Shown one piece after another: positions 1 through 6,785 of a stretch of DNA of 11,185 nt. The notes beneath the pieces were generated by a model that did no database searches, had not been told where the DNA came from, and was given only the letters and a program-made list of their open reading frames with translations. Each line of letters opens with the position of its first letter. Position 1 is the first letter of the stretch. The translations under genes and the position numbers were made by a program. The stretch is from Candidatus Hodarchaeota archaeon (GTDB lineage Archaea > Asgardarchaeota > Heimdallarchaeia > Hodarchaeales > Hodarchaeaceae): contig JAEOTQ010000018.1 in assembly GCA_016839785.1 (NCBI GenBank), forward strand, positions 1 through 11,185, written 5' to 3'.

Positions 1-1
1 G

Positions 2-37
2 ATGAAAAACTACAAAAATGATCATGTTCTGCCTTAA
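2..37 (+). CDS. Possible 3' end of an upstream gene running in from the window edge (...MKNYKNDHVLP*)
   Basis: Open frame from the window start to TAA at 35-37, followed directly by the first attC-like element. Too short to assign. Confidence 0.25.
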   Translation: MKNYKNDHVLP

Positions 38-53
38 TGCAACGGGGTAGCAA

Positions 54-135
54 AACAAGAGTTATTGCAGCAAGAATTATTTTCATATGGGAAATAAATA
101 GGGTGTATGTTTGAGGGTTTAACCAACGTTATGTG
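54..135 (+). repeat. Degenerate ~82-bp repeat copy 1 (attC-like), ending in TAACCAACGTTATGTG
   Basis: 120..135 matches 911..926 at 15/16 nt. Both copies also start with AACA-purine and share a central AATT..TTTTCAT.TG segment. Ends in GTTATGT, resembling the attC R' box. Arm pairing is weak. Confidence 0.4.
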
Positions 136-273
136 TTCTTAAAAAAATTTGATTTAGGAATATTTTACTATTCTATACTATTGGTGGAATGTTTAAAAAT
201 AAAAATAATTGATAATATTTAAGTCAGAATCAACCATTCAAATCTTAAAACGCTTAATAAAAGGTGAATTTTA

Positions 274-594
274 ATTATCATAATCAAAAGCAGTTCTCTG
301 AAGATCGAAATAAGATTGACAGAAGAACGCTGGAATCATATTATTGAAGCTCACCCAGAATTAAAAAACTTTAAAGAATATTTAATGAAAACAGTTAGAA
401 CACCTGATAATCTATTCTACAATGAATTTACAAATCAATACATATTTATAAAAGAATTTGATGTGTTTATTACAGATAATTTATTAGTTTATGTAAAAAA
501 ATTAAATGGAGAAGGTTTTATTATCACCTGTCATCCTATATCAATTAAAAGAATCAGCAGGAGAATAAAAAAATGGAAAAAACTAAACCCTTGA
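274..594 (+). CDS. Putative type II toxin (RelE/BrnT/PBECR-like small RNase, RLTEERWxHIxxxHPE type)
   Basis: Motif ERWNHIIEAHPE and C-terminal beta strands (LLVYVK...GFIIT), basic tail, overlaps the downstream DUF2283 gene. The track starts at TTG 316, but the frame is open back to 268 and AGGTGA at 262-267 points to an ATT start at 274. Confidence 0.7.
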   Translation: MIIIKSSSLKIEIRLTEERWNHIIEAHPELKNFKEYLMKTVRTPDNLFYNEFTNQYIFIKEFDVFITDNLLVYVKKLNGEGFIITCHPISIKRISRRIKKWKKLNP

Positions 595-842
595 TTCGGA
601 TGCAGATTGAGGCAACTGAAATAATTAATAGGATTTCAACTAAGTATTCTTTATCGCTACCTCATGAAATCATCAGAATGGGTTACGATGCAGAAGCTGA
701 TGTGCTTTACGCACATTTTGAAGCAAATGCCGAGGCAGTAGATAGTGATATACTTGAAGCAAATGAAAATATTATTTTAGGATTAAATAAAAAAAGCAAA
801 ATGGTCAGAATCACTATTTTAAATGCCTCTCTTTTTAATTAA
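573..842 (+). CDS. DUF2283 domain protein (putative antitoxin partner)
   Basis: YDAEADVLYAHF...DSDILE..NIILGLNKKSKMVRITILNAS fits the DUF2283 pattern YDxExDxLYxxF...IxIxxAS. Overlaps the upstream gene by 22 nt. Confidence 0.8.
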   Translation: MEKTKPLIRMQIEATEIINRISTKYSLSLPHEIIRMGYDAEADVLYAHFEANAEAVDSDILEANENIILGLNKKSKMVRITILNASLFN

Positions 843-926
843 CAGGGTTTTACTCCTTGCAATTCTTTTTCATCTGAAAACTCTCATTCTTATGTAAAAG
901 CACTGTGCAATAACCAACGCTATGTG
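841..926 (+). repeat. Degenerate ~86-bp repeat copy 2 (attC-like), ending in TAACCAACGCTATGTG
   Basis: Begins at TAAC overlapping the DUF2283 stop codon, as attC R'' boxes often do. The 16-nt end matches 120..135 with GTT changed to GCT. Confidence 0.4.
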
Positions 927-953
927 GAGTAACGGGATAAGCCTTTCTTTGGA

Positions 954-2651
954 TTATTTATTCCACTGACTATCCCTGAATCCCTTTACTCTCGGTTTCT
1001 TCTGTTTTCTAGCTAATAAAAAACCAATGGAGAGGATTAATAATCCTACGACAGAAATCGAGTATCCAAAACCAGGAGTGAGTGTTATCGATCCAGTGGA
1101 AGTTGTTAAGAGAACGCTGGAAGTTGTTGAGGTTTCATTGGGGATTGGATAGGCATGCAGGTCAATAACTTTTTCCAATGCTTTCGAATTTACATCTATC
1201 ACTGAGACACTATCTGAGCGTATATTAAGACTATAAATCTTACTATAATTATTATTTGCAAATATGAAATTTGGAAAATATCCCTCCAAGGGGATAACCC
1301 GCTCTAGAAACTGTTCGGTGTTTAAGTCATAAATACTGATAAAACTTCGATCAAGATGGGCAATGTAGAGATAGTTTTCTTTGTATAAAAAGACGTCAAT
1401 TTTTGGAAAAGTCTGCAGATGAGACAACCAAGGAATTCCACTTCCTGGATCTCTAATATAGAAAAAGATTGATAGATCTAGTCCTAACCGAAAGAACTGA
1501 GCGGAATTGAAGAGAAGCTGATTCTGAATATATTCTTTAACACGACGAGATATTTCTTTGACACTCAAATTAATGTGCTTGCTAAAATTCTGCAAGGATG
1601 AAAAATTCGTAACAAGAAATGCATCTAGAATTTTGAGATCTGCAGGTGTCAAACTTCGAAATTGGAGTTTCTCAACTCTTGTTTCTAATGCAAGATTAGG
1701 TGCAGACTTTTGGAAGTTTATTTCAGCCTGGCTATGAAATATTGGCGGAGGATGGACCCATCCTTCTTTAAATCTACTTAACCCATCAAAACACCATGAA
1801 ATTATTCGTTGATCAATAGGTACAGAGTATTCAGGGCTAATTTCATTTATCAACGCATCTATCAACAAGGGTTGAGAAATTGGAATTTGGATAATACTGA
1901 ATTTCCTCCGAAAAAAATTTGCAGTATACAGCAGATACTGTGAGTATGAATCAGGAAACGGAGATAAGTGGTGGAGGAGTAGAGTTTCATATCCTAATCG
2001 TGCCATATCTATATAACGGGCAATATTGATTATATCAAGCATAGTTATCTGACTCATCCGTCGTGTGACTGTACTCAAAGATTTATTGACAAATTCAGCA
2101 ATATCATGGAAAGATGGTCCTCGAATAAATTGGGCTGGAATTAGCTCCTTCTTTGATAAAACACAAATGGCCTTAAATAGGTCAATATCTAATCTATCAA
2201 CAGGAATTGTTATATTGAGTAGAGGAGCGACAATTAATTCGACCAATTGAGAAAAATTGAGTTGTGATTCCTCCTTTTGCAAGCGATTGAGGTAGGATAT
2301 TAACATAGAGTCATCTTGCTTAATAATTTCATAAATTACAAGGTGACGAGGAATCGTAAGTACTCCTCCTCTATCTTTAACCTCCATTAATATCGACGAG
2401 ATGTTCTTTGTAAATGATTCTATCTTTTTCAAAAATCCTACTTCTTTATTTCGTTCATAGAAAGGTAGAGTATGGTTTTTCAATAGTTTTCGTGAGATTT
2501 CATCAATATCGATCAATGCTGCTTCTTTTGCCTGATCGTGTACTTCGAGCCATAATTCTACAAACTCTAACACAAATTTAGACTCTGGTGAACTATTTTG
2601 ATGTTGGATATTTCGGACTTGATTTAGGAGAGAGGATAGCTGTTTGGACAT
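954..2651 (-). CDS. Paralog A: tandem Lrp/AsnC-like HTH protein fused to a YVTN-type beta-propeller fragment, S/T linker and PGF-CTERM-like anchor (chimeric)
   Basis: Residues ~1-421 align by eye with paralogs B and C (FVLEFVELW..VH, LPFY, IDMARLGYE, FRSLTPADLKIL, QFFRLGLDLSIFF, TFPKIDVF). The remainder reads YLYIAH..SFISIYD, KIYSLN..SDSVSVID, TSTTSS.., TPGF, a TM helix and RKQKK. Confidence 0.75.
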   Translation of the reverse strand: MSKQLSSLLNQVRNIQHQNSSPESKFVLEFVELWLEVHDQAKEAALIDIDEISRKLLKNHTLPFYERNKEVGFLKKIESFTKNISSILMEVKDRGGVLTIPRHLVIYEIIKQDDSMLISYLNRLQKEESQLNFSQLVELIVAPLLNITIPVDRLDIDLFKAICVLSKKELIPAQFIRGPSFHDIAEFVNKSLSTVTRRMSQITMLDIINIARYIDMARLGYETLLLHHLSPFPDSYSQYLLYTANFFRRKFSIIQIPISQPLLIDALINEISPEYSVPIDQRIISWCFDGLSRFKEGWVHPPPIFHSQAEINFQKSAPNLALETRVEKLQFRSLTPADLKILDAFLVTNFSSLQNFSKHINLSVKEISRRVKEYIQNQLLFNSAQFFRLGLDLSIFFYIRDPGSGIPWLSHLQTFPKIDVFLYKENYLYIAHLDRSFISIYDLNTEQFLERVIPLEGYFPNFIFANNNYSKIYSLNIRSDSVSVIDVNSKALEKVIDLHAYPIPNETSTTSSVLLTTSTGSITLTPGFGYSISVVGLLILSIGFLLARKQKKPRVKGFRDSQWNK

Positions 2652-2674
2652 CTTTCTAAATATAGGTTAATCAT

Positions 2675-2682
2675 CTTTAAAA
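2675..2682 (-). promoter_or_regulatory. Putative TATA box (TTTTAAAG) of paralog A
   Basis: 24-31 nt upstream of ATG 2651 with no obvious SD, consistent with a leaderless archaeal transcript. Confidence 0.45.
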
Positions 2683-2688
2683 CTTAAT

Positions 2689-2724
2689 CTAAAATCTACA
2701 TCCGAGTATTTATGCAGATTTTAG
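2689..2724. promoter_or_regulatory. Inverted repeat CTAAAATCTACAT-N10-ATGCAGATTTTAG (operator or hairpin)
   Basis: 13-bp arms with 12/13 complementarity, just upstream of the paralog A TATA box and downstream of the paralog B stop. Confidence 0.5.
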
Positions 2725-2788
2725 TCTAAAAGGGAGTCAAGAACAATTTGAAATCCCAAAGTACGAACTCAAACCTGATAGTTTATGT

Positions 2789-4228
2789 TCAATTATGATG
2801 ATACGTATCTTTTAATGAAATTCCCCATCTAAAATGATCGACCATGCTGTAGATTTTAAAATAAATCTTCACATCATAATTCTTACGGATATAGTCAACT
2901 TTTCTGGAAAAAGGTTTAATCCACTTATGTGGTAGTTTCACATATCCAAAGTAATAGTTTGGGCTCTCATCCTGTTGATAAAAGACATCTACTTTGGGAA
3001 AGGTTAGCAAATGGTTTATCCAAGGAATTTCACTGTTATTATCTGAAATGAAGAAGAACACTGATAAATCCAATCCAATATTGAAGAACTGGTATGTTTT
3101 AAAAATCAGATTTGCCTCTTGATATTCCTTCAGACGTTGGGATATTTCCATACGATTAACACTAATTGCTTTGCTTAAATGATCGTAATTTCTAAAACTT
3201 CCTTCTTGGACAAGAAAATCTAGTAGTTTGAAGTCAGCTCGAGATAATTTTCGAAAAGAGTCAAAGGCAGGACGAAGTGGGACTTCTAGATCTGGACTTG
3301 GGGTACTCACAGCCACTTGAGGTTTTGAGTTAAAGAAAGAAGGAGGGCCTGACCATAAGTCTTCCCCTGCAGATAATCCACTAATATTCCATGATGTAGT
3401 CCGGTTTACCAGTGGCTCATACATTATAGGCTGCAGTTCTTCTTGTAATACCATCTGTTCTTGAATCTGAGATGCAGGCATCTGAATCAAACTAAACGTG
3501 CCGATATCCATGTTTCCTGATAATAGTAGATTATTCCTGTATTCTTTTGGGAACTCTTCTTGATGGACTACGAGGAGAGATTCGTATCCAAGTTTTCCCA
3601 TATCAAGAAAGTGGTTCGCATGAACTAACTGCAAGAACCGGAAAACCTTCAATCTCCGAATAATAGTTCGTGTAGAAACCTTTAACAATTCCGCTAAAGA
3701 TTTGTTATCAGGATTCTTGTAAAGTAGTGCTTTTAAGGATTGGATTGATTGAAAGCCTTTTAATAATTGAATATCTACCTCATCTAAGGGAGGTACATAA
3801 TTTATTAATAAGGGAAAGATTTCTTCGAAGAGATCATCTTTTGTTTGGCTCATTAAATCCGTTTTTAGCTTCTTCAGAATACTAAAGAGGACGCTCTTTT
3901 TATGATTGGTAATTTCGTATGCGACCAGCTTTAATGGAAACATAATTCCACCACTATCACCCCATGTGAGGTACAGTGATGCGTATGAATCGATCCATCC
4001 CTCGAACTTTTGTAAATCACCCTTTCCCTTGTGGTTTTCGTAGAACGGTAATATATAAGGTGTCAGGAGCGATTTACATACATCGAGAGTATCCTCTAAA
4101 TTTGCTTTTGCAGTCACTTGGTGGATTTGATACCAGATATCTAGAAAATCTAAGACAAACTGGCCTGATTCATCCGCCCTATTTTGTCGGATAGTTTCCA
4201 ACATTTCTCGGATTGGACGCTCTGACAT
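2789..4228 (-). CDS. Paralog B: transcriptional regulator-like protein with N-terminal helical domain and two tandem Lrp/AsnC-type HTH(+RAM-like) units
   Basis: HTH1 at ~aa148-215 (LDEVDIQLL...LAELLKVSTRTIIRRLK...LDMGKLGY). HTH2 at ~aa328-387 (LSRADFKLL...LSKAISVNRMEISQRLKEY...FFNIGL). Each is followed by beta/alpha segments. Confidence 0.8.
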   Translation of the reverse strand: MSERPIREMLETIRQNRADESGQFVLDFLDIWYQIHQVTAKANLEDTLDVCKSLLTPYILPFYENHKGKGDLQKFEGWIDSYASLYLTWGDSGGIMFPLKLVAYEITNHKKSVLFSILKKLKTDLMSQTKDDLFEEIFPLLINYVPPLDEVDIQLLKGFQSIQSLKALLYKNPDNKSLAELLKVSTRTIIRRLKVFRFLQLVHANHFLDMGKLGYESLLVVHQEEFPKEYRNNLLLSGNMDIGTFSLIQMPASQIQEQMVLQEELQPIMYEPLVNRTTSWNISGLSAGEDLWSGPPSFFNSKPQVAVSTPSPDLEVPLRPAFDSFRKLSRADFKLLDFLVQEGSFRNYDHLSKAISVNRMEISQRLKEYQEANLIFKTYQFFNIGLDLSVFFFISDNNSEIPWINHLLTFPKVDVFYQQDESPNYYFGYVKLPHKWIKPFSRKVDYIRKNYDVKIYFKIYSMVDHFRWGISLKDTYHHN

Positions 4229-4260
4229 CGCTCTCAGATGCTAAAACAGCCATATAAGAA

Positions 4261-4274
4261 TTTATAAGGCTTTG
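4261..4274 (-). promoter_or_regulatory. Putative BRE/TATA of paralog B (CAAAGC-CTTATAAA)
   Basis: TATA 33-40 nt upstream of ATG 4228. Mirrors CAAAGG-GTTTAAAT upstream of paralog C. Confidence 0.5.
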
Positions 4275-4276
4275 GG

Positions 4277-4324
4277 TTTCTCTAGAAAAACTAACGGTTT
4301 GTCTAGATAAAGTATCCGGATAAC
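4277..4324. promoter_or_regulatory. Three operator-like palindromic boxes: TTTCTCTAGAAAAA (4277-4290), TTTGTCTAGATAAA (4298-4311), AGTATCCGGATAAC (4311-4324)
   Basis: Palindromic consensus TTTNTCTAGANAAA with core spacings of 21 and 13 bp. The same spacing recurs in the spacer of pair C. Confidence 0.6.
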
Positions 4325-4370
4325 TGTTAAATGAGAAGAAAAATCGACTCAAAGTAAAATGGTGAAATTT

Positions 4371-4526
4371 ATGGACAAGAAATTAAGACTACGTGATAAA
4401 ACAAACTCTGCTGAACTCTTAGTACTAAAGATGCTTCCTCTGATATTCATGCTCCTCCTCTTCCTACTCAGCACATCCATTGGTGCTGGTATATCTGATG
4501 GGGGCCATTTACCGGGAATGAACTAA
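4371..4526 (+). CDS. Small secreted/membrane peptide precursor B, 51 aa: MDKKLRLRDKTNSAELLVLKMLPLIFMLLLFLLSTSIGAGISDGGHLPGMN
   Basis: GGTGA SD at 4361-4365, 5 nt before ATG. 21/51 ungapped identity and identical length to 6489..6644. Divergent from paralog B. Confidence 0.85.
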   Translation: MDKKLRLRDKTNSAELLVLKMLPLIFMLLLFLLSTSIGAGISDGGHLPGMN

Positions 4527-4584
4527 GATTTTTGCGTCGTTATTCAGTATATTAGATGTTCAAATTTAAAAGTTGGATAATAGA

Positions 4585-4604
4585 GAGTACATTTAGCTGT
4601 ACTC
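4585..4604 (+). terminator. Possible hairpin downstream of peptide B (GAGTACA-TTTAGC-TGTACTC)
   Basis: 7-bp perfect stem ~60 nt after the stop. A T5 tract also follows the stop at 4529-4533. Confidence 0.25.
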
Positions 4605-5014
4605 CCAAACTCTATGATTTTAGTGATTTTCTAAATTTATAGAATAAAATCCAGTCTTTTCAAAACTAATGGACATCTAGCATCCGAGATTAGGACTTAT
4701 ATCTACATTAGCTTCCCATAAATTTGGAGTTCCATTTAGCTTTTTATTAAATGAGGAGTTCAACAAGACCTCTCCATAGACAATCTATTTGAAATAAATC
4801 CTAGGTTTATTCTTTCCGATTCATTGCCTAAGTAATCAATCAGTTTTATGGTTCTAATGTTCTAAAAGAAATTTAGATTGATCAATACCAGTACATACTT
4901 CTTAGATGATTTTTCTCATCATTCTGCAATTTTTAAATCTGCTTAAGGAAAACTTTCATCATCAAGGTCGTTGTAATAGGTATCATCGTTCAGGAATCAT
5001 TTTTCTCTAAATTA

Positions 5015-5035
5015 TAAATCACCGACAAAACCCTA
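5015..5035 (+). repeat. Direct repeat copy 1 TAAATCACCGACAAAACCCTA
   Basis: 20/21 identical to 6218..6238 (first 17 nt exact). Both copies are preceded by AATCATTTTT 20-22 nt upstream. Confidence 0.75.
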
Positions 5036-5040
5036 TATCA

Positions 5041-5077
5041 AAAATTCAGTTACTTACACTAAGATCCAGTTACTTAC
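5041..5077 (+). repeat. Tandem direct repeat AA[A/G]AT[T/C]CAGTTACTTAC x2, 20-bp period
   Basis: 5041..5057 vs 5061..5077 match 15/17, with CAGTTACTTAC exact. Confidence 0.55.
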
Positions 5078-5448
5078 GAACTTCTATCCGAATTACTGAG
5101 GTCTCATCTTTTTATGAGTCGAATGGAATTTAACGCATTCAGATATAGAGATTATACTAAATTACAGAACAATTCCCAGTTATACAGATGGCAATAGAGT
5201 CCCTTTCTTCATACCTTTTCTTTATTTAAAGCATCTAGTACCCGCTTTAGCTCATTTTTTGTCCATTTCTGAGCTATTCTGCGTACTGCCTTATTTATAA
5301 TTCCCACGAGAACAATTACGGTTATGAGTTGTGGGATAGTTTTTTCACACATTTGGAGTTTTTTTCATATATATTATGACGTATCCAAGAATAATTCTCT
5401 GTTACAACTTCATTATAATGTAAAAGGGCTTTATGGGAGAGATTATGA

Positions 5449-6153
5449 TTGACTCATTCCCTTCCCTCCTCTTATTCTGCAGGTGTTTTTTCCGACCTTA
5501 AGACCAGTCGCGCTTGCCATGATATTTGCCCTTTGATGCTATGTCGAGTGATCAAGAAATATAATGGCATTCTTTTATTGAAACTATTGTTCCAAGAATA
5601 TTTTTCTCTCCCTGGAGTCCCCAGTCCTAACATCCCTTACTATACTCGTTCTGACCTTTTTTCCTTGGCAGTTAACCATTTTCGTGAGAAGCCGTCAGAA
5701 GATTCACTAGAAGAATTGGTAAGATACATTAATCAAAAGTCAGGGATGATTCTGATAATCCCCTCATCACATCCCGAGCATCGTGGTGTTCGTCCAACCA
5801 ATAGATATTGTCTCAATCCAGTAATTCTCAGAGATTTTGTCATTTTAAGGGAAAAAAGCCTGCGTTTCCCGTTGACATGTCCTTTTGGTAATGACGAAAA
5901 GGTTTTTCTCATTTTAAATTATCTCGCTGAACAGGGGAGCGCTTCAATCCAAGCCGTCCAACTACATTTCGGTTTTTGTCGCGATACAGCCTATCGCACC
6001 ATTAACCAAATGCATTTCCAACAATTGGTACGCAAAACCCATCAAAATGGAGCCAAATCCAAGCTTATCTCTCTTAACTCTGACCATTTCTTAATTAATG
6101 ACCTCTCATTTTCTGTGACAAAAAATCCCTTAATTCAGGAGAAATTAGCTTAG
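5449..6153 (+). CDS. Hypothetical protein with C-terminal winged HTH
   Basis: 234-aa ORF. ILNYLAEQGSASIQAVQLHFGFCRDTAYRTINQMHFQQLVRKTHQNGAKSKLISL fits a DeoR/MarR-like wHTH. Start codon uncertain (TTG). Confidence 0.6.
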   Translation: MTHSLPSSYSAGVFSDLKTSRACHDICPLMLCRVIKKYNGILLLKLLFQEYFSLPGVPSPNIPYYTRSDLFSLAVNHFREKPSEDSLEELVRYINQKSGMILIIPSSHPEHRGVRPTNRYCLNPVILRDFVILREKSLRFPLTCPFGNDEKVFLILNYLAEQGSASIQAVQLHFGFCRDTAYRTINQMHFQQLVRKTHQNGAKSKLISLNSDHFLINDLSFSVTKNPLIQEKLA

Positions 6154-6217
6154 ATAATTATTTCTTAGCTTTAACATGAGTGAATGATGAGGAAAAATCA
6201 TTTTTTTCCGCTTTTTG

Positions 6218-6238
6218 TAAATCACCGACAAAACACTA
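6218..6238 (+). repeat. Direct repeat copy 2 TAAATCACCGACAAAACACTA
   Basis: Matches 5015..5035. An inverted partial copy (GTGTTTCGTCGG, 11/12) lies at 6328..6339. Confidence 0.75.
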
Positions 6239-6488
6239 GTTCGAAGATGTGTAGTGTAAGATCAGTATGAGAATATTACCTTTCTTATCATGTACCAGAT
6301 TTACTCGAAAAGTAGTAAATAATTTCTGTGTTTCGTCGGGAAATGGGCATTTTGAGTTGTCAAATTAACAATTGTTAACAGAAAGAAACTTGTTACTATT
6401 TAAAGTCAACAGAAAATCGTGTAATAAATCTGTATCAGAATTCATGATTAGGATCCTAAATTTTACTTATTAGGCTCTTATTTCAATT

Positions 6489-6644
6489 TCAACATGTAGG
6501 AGGAGCAGCACCACCGCTGGGAGCGCCTGATCCTATGACAAAGGACATTACATAGAGTAATAGCAGAAACAGGATAGGTAACATCTTCCACAAGGTAATA
6601 TCTACATTTCCAGAGATTTTTCGTGTTCTTAATTTCTTTTCCAT
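6489..6644 (-). CDS. Small secreted/membrane peptide precursor C, 51 aa: MEKKLRTRKISGNVDITLWKMLPILFLLLLYVMSFVIGSGAPSGGAAPPTC
   Basis: GGTGA SD (6651-6655, minus strand) 6 nt before ATG. Paralogous to 4371..4526. Divergent from paralog C. Confidence 0.85.
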   Translation of the reverse strand: MEKKLRTRKISGNVDITLWKMLPILFLLLLYVMSFVIGSGAPSGGAAPPTC

Positions 6645-6684
6645 TTATTTTCACCATTTAATTCTTAGATTCGTTATTTAGAGA

Positions 6685-6732
6685 GATACCCGAAGATTTT
6701 TACTAGATAAATCATTCGAGTTTCCGATCAAA
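6685..6732. promoter_or_regulatory. Operator-like boxes of pair C (minus strand: TTTGATCGGAAACT, TTTATCTAGTAAAA, AATCTTCGGGTATC)
   Basis: Cores at 6723-6728, 6702-6707 and 6689-6694 give the same 21/13-bp spacing as pair B. A 32-nt block is 22/32 identical to 4296..4327. Confidence 0.55.
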
Positions 6733-6744
6733 TATGACCCTAAT

Positions 6745-6758
6745 CAAAGGGTTTAAAT
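6745..6758 (+). promoter_or_regulatory. Putative BRE/TATA of paralog C (CAAAGG-GTTTAAAT)
   Basis: TATA 28-35 nt upstream of ATG 6786 with no SD, so probably leaderless. Confidence 0.55.
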
Positions 6759-6785
6759 GTTGTTATAGTTACACTAGCTCTTATA

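Noticed and set aside
2065-2250. 61-aa + strand ORF from the track
   Set aside because: Antisense shadow wholly inside paralog A, with no recognisable features.
3976-4194. 72-aa + strand ORF from the track
   Set aside because: Antisense shadow inside paralog B, with no counterpart in paralog C.
2789-4228. Siroheme decarboxylase (AhbAB/NirDL) call for the tandem Lrp-like proteins
   Set aside because: No HxYxR-type motif in any paralog, an extra N-terminal domain, and no heme biosynthesis genes nearby.
4359-4370. Upstream in-frame ATG extending peptide B by MVKF
   Set aside because: It overlaps the GGTGA SD, and the equivalent ATG is out of frame in peptide C, so 4371 is preferred.
4371-4526. 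Type IV pilin/archaellin (class III signal) or lipoprotein call for the peptides
   Set aside because: No [KR][GA] cleavage site directly before the hydrophobic stretch and no lipobox Cys after it.
4680-4995. Possible decayed gene on the minus strand
   Set aside because: Only short fragments between stop codons, with nothing recognisable; needs BLASTX.
5015-5100. CRISPR array or ORB-type replication origin
   Set aside because: Only two copies of each repeat, no regular spacers, no ORB consensus, and no cas or cdc6/orc1 gene in the window.
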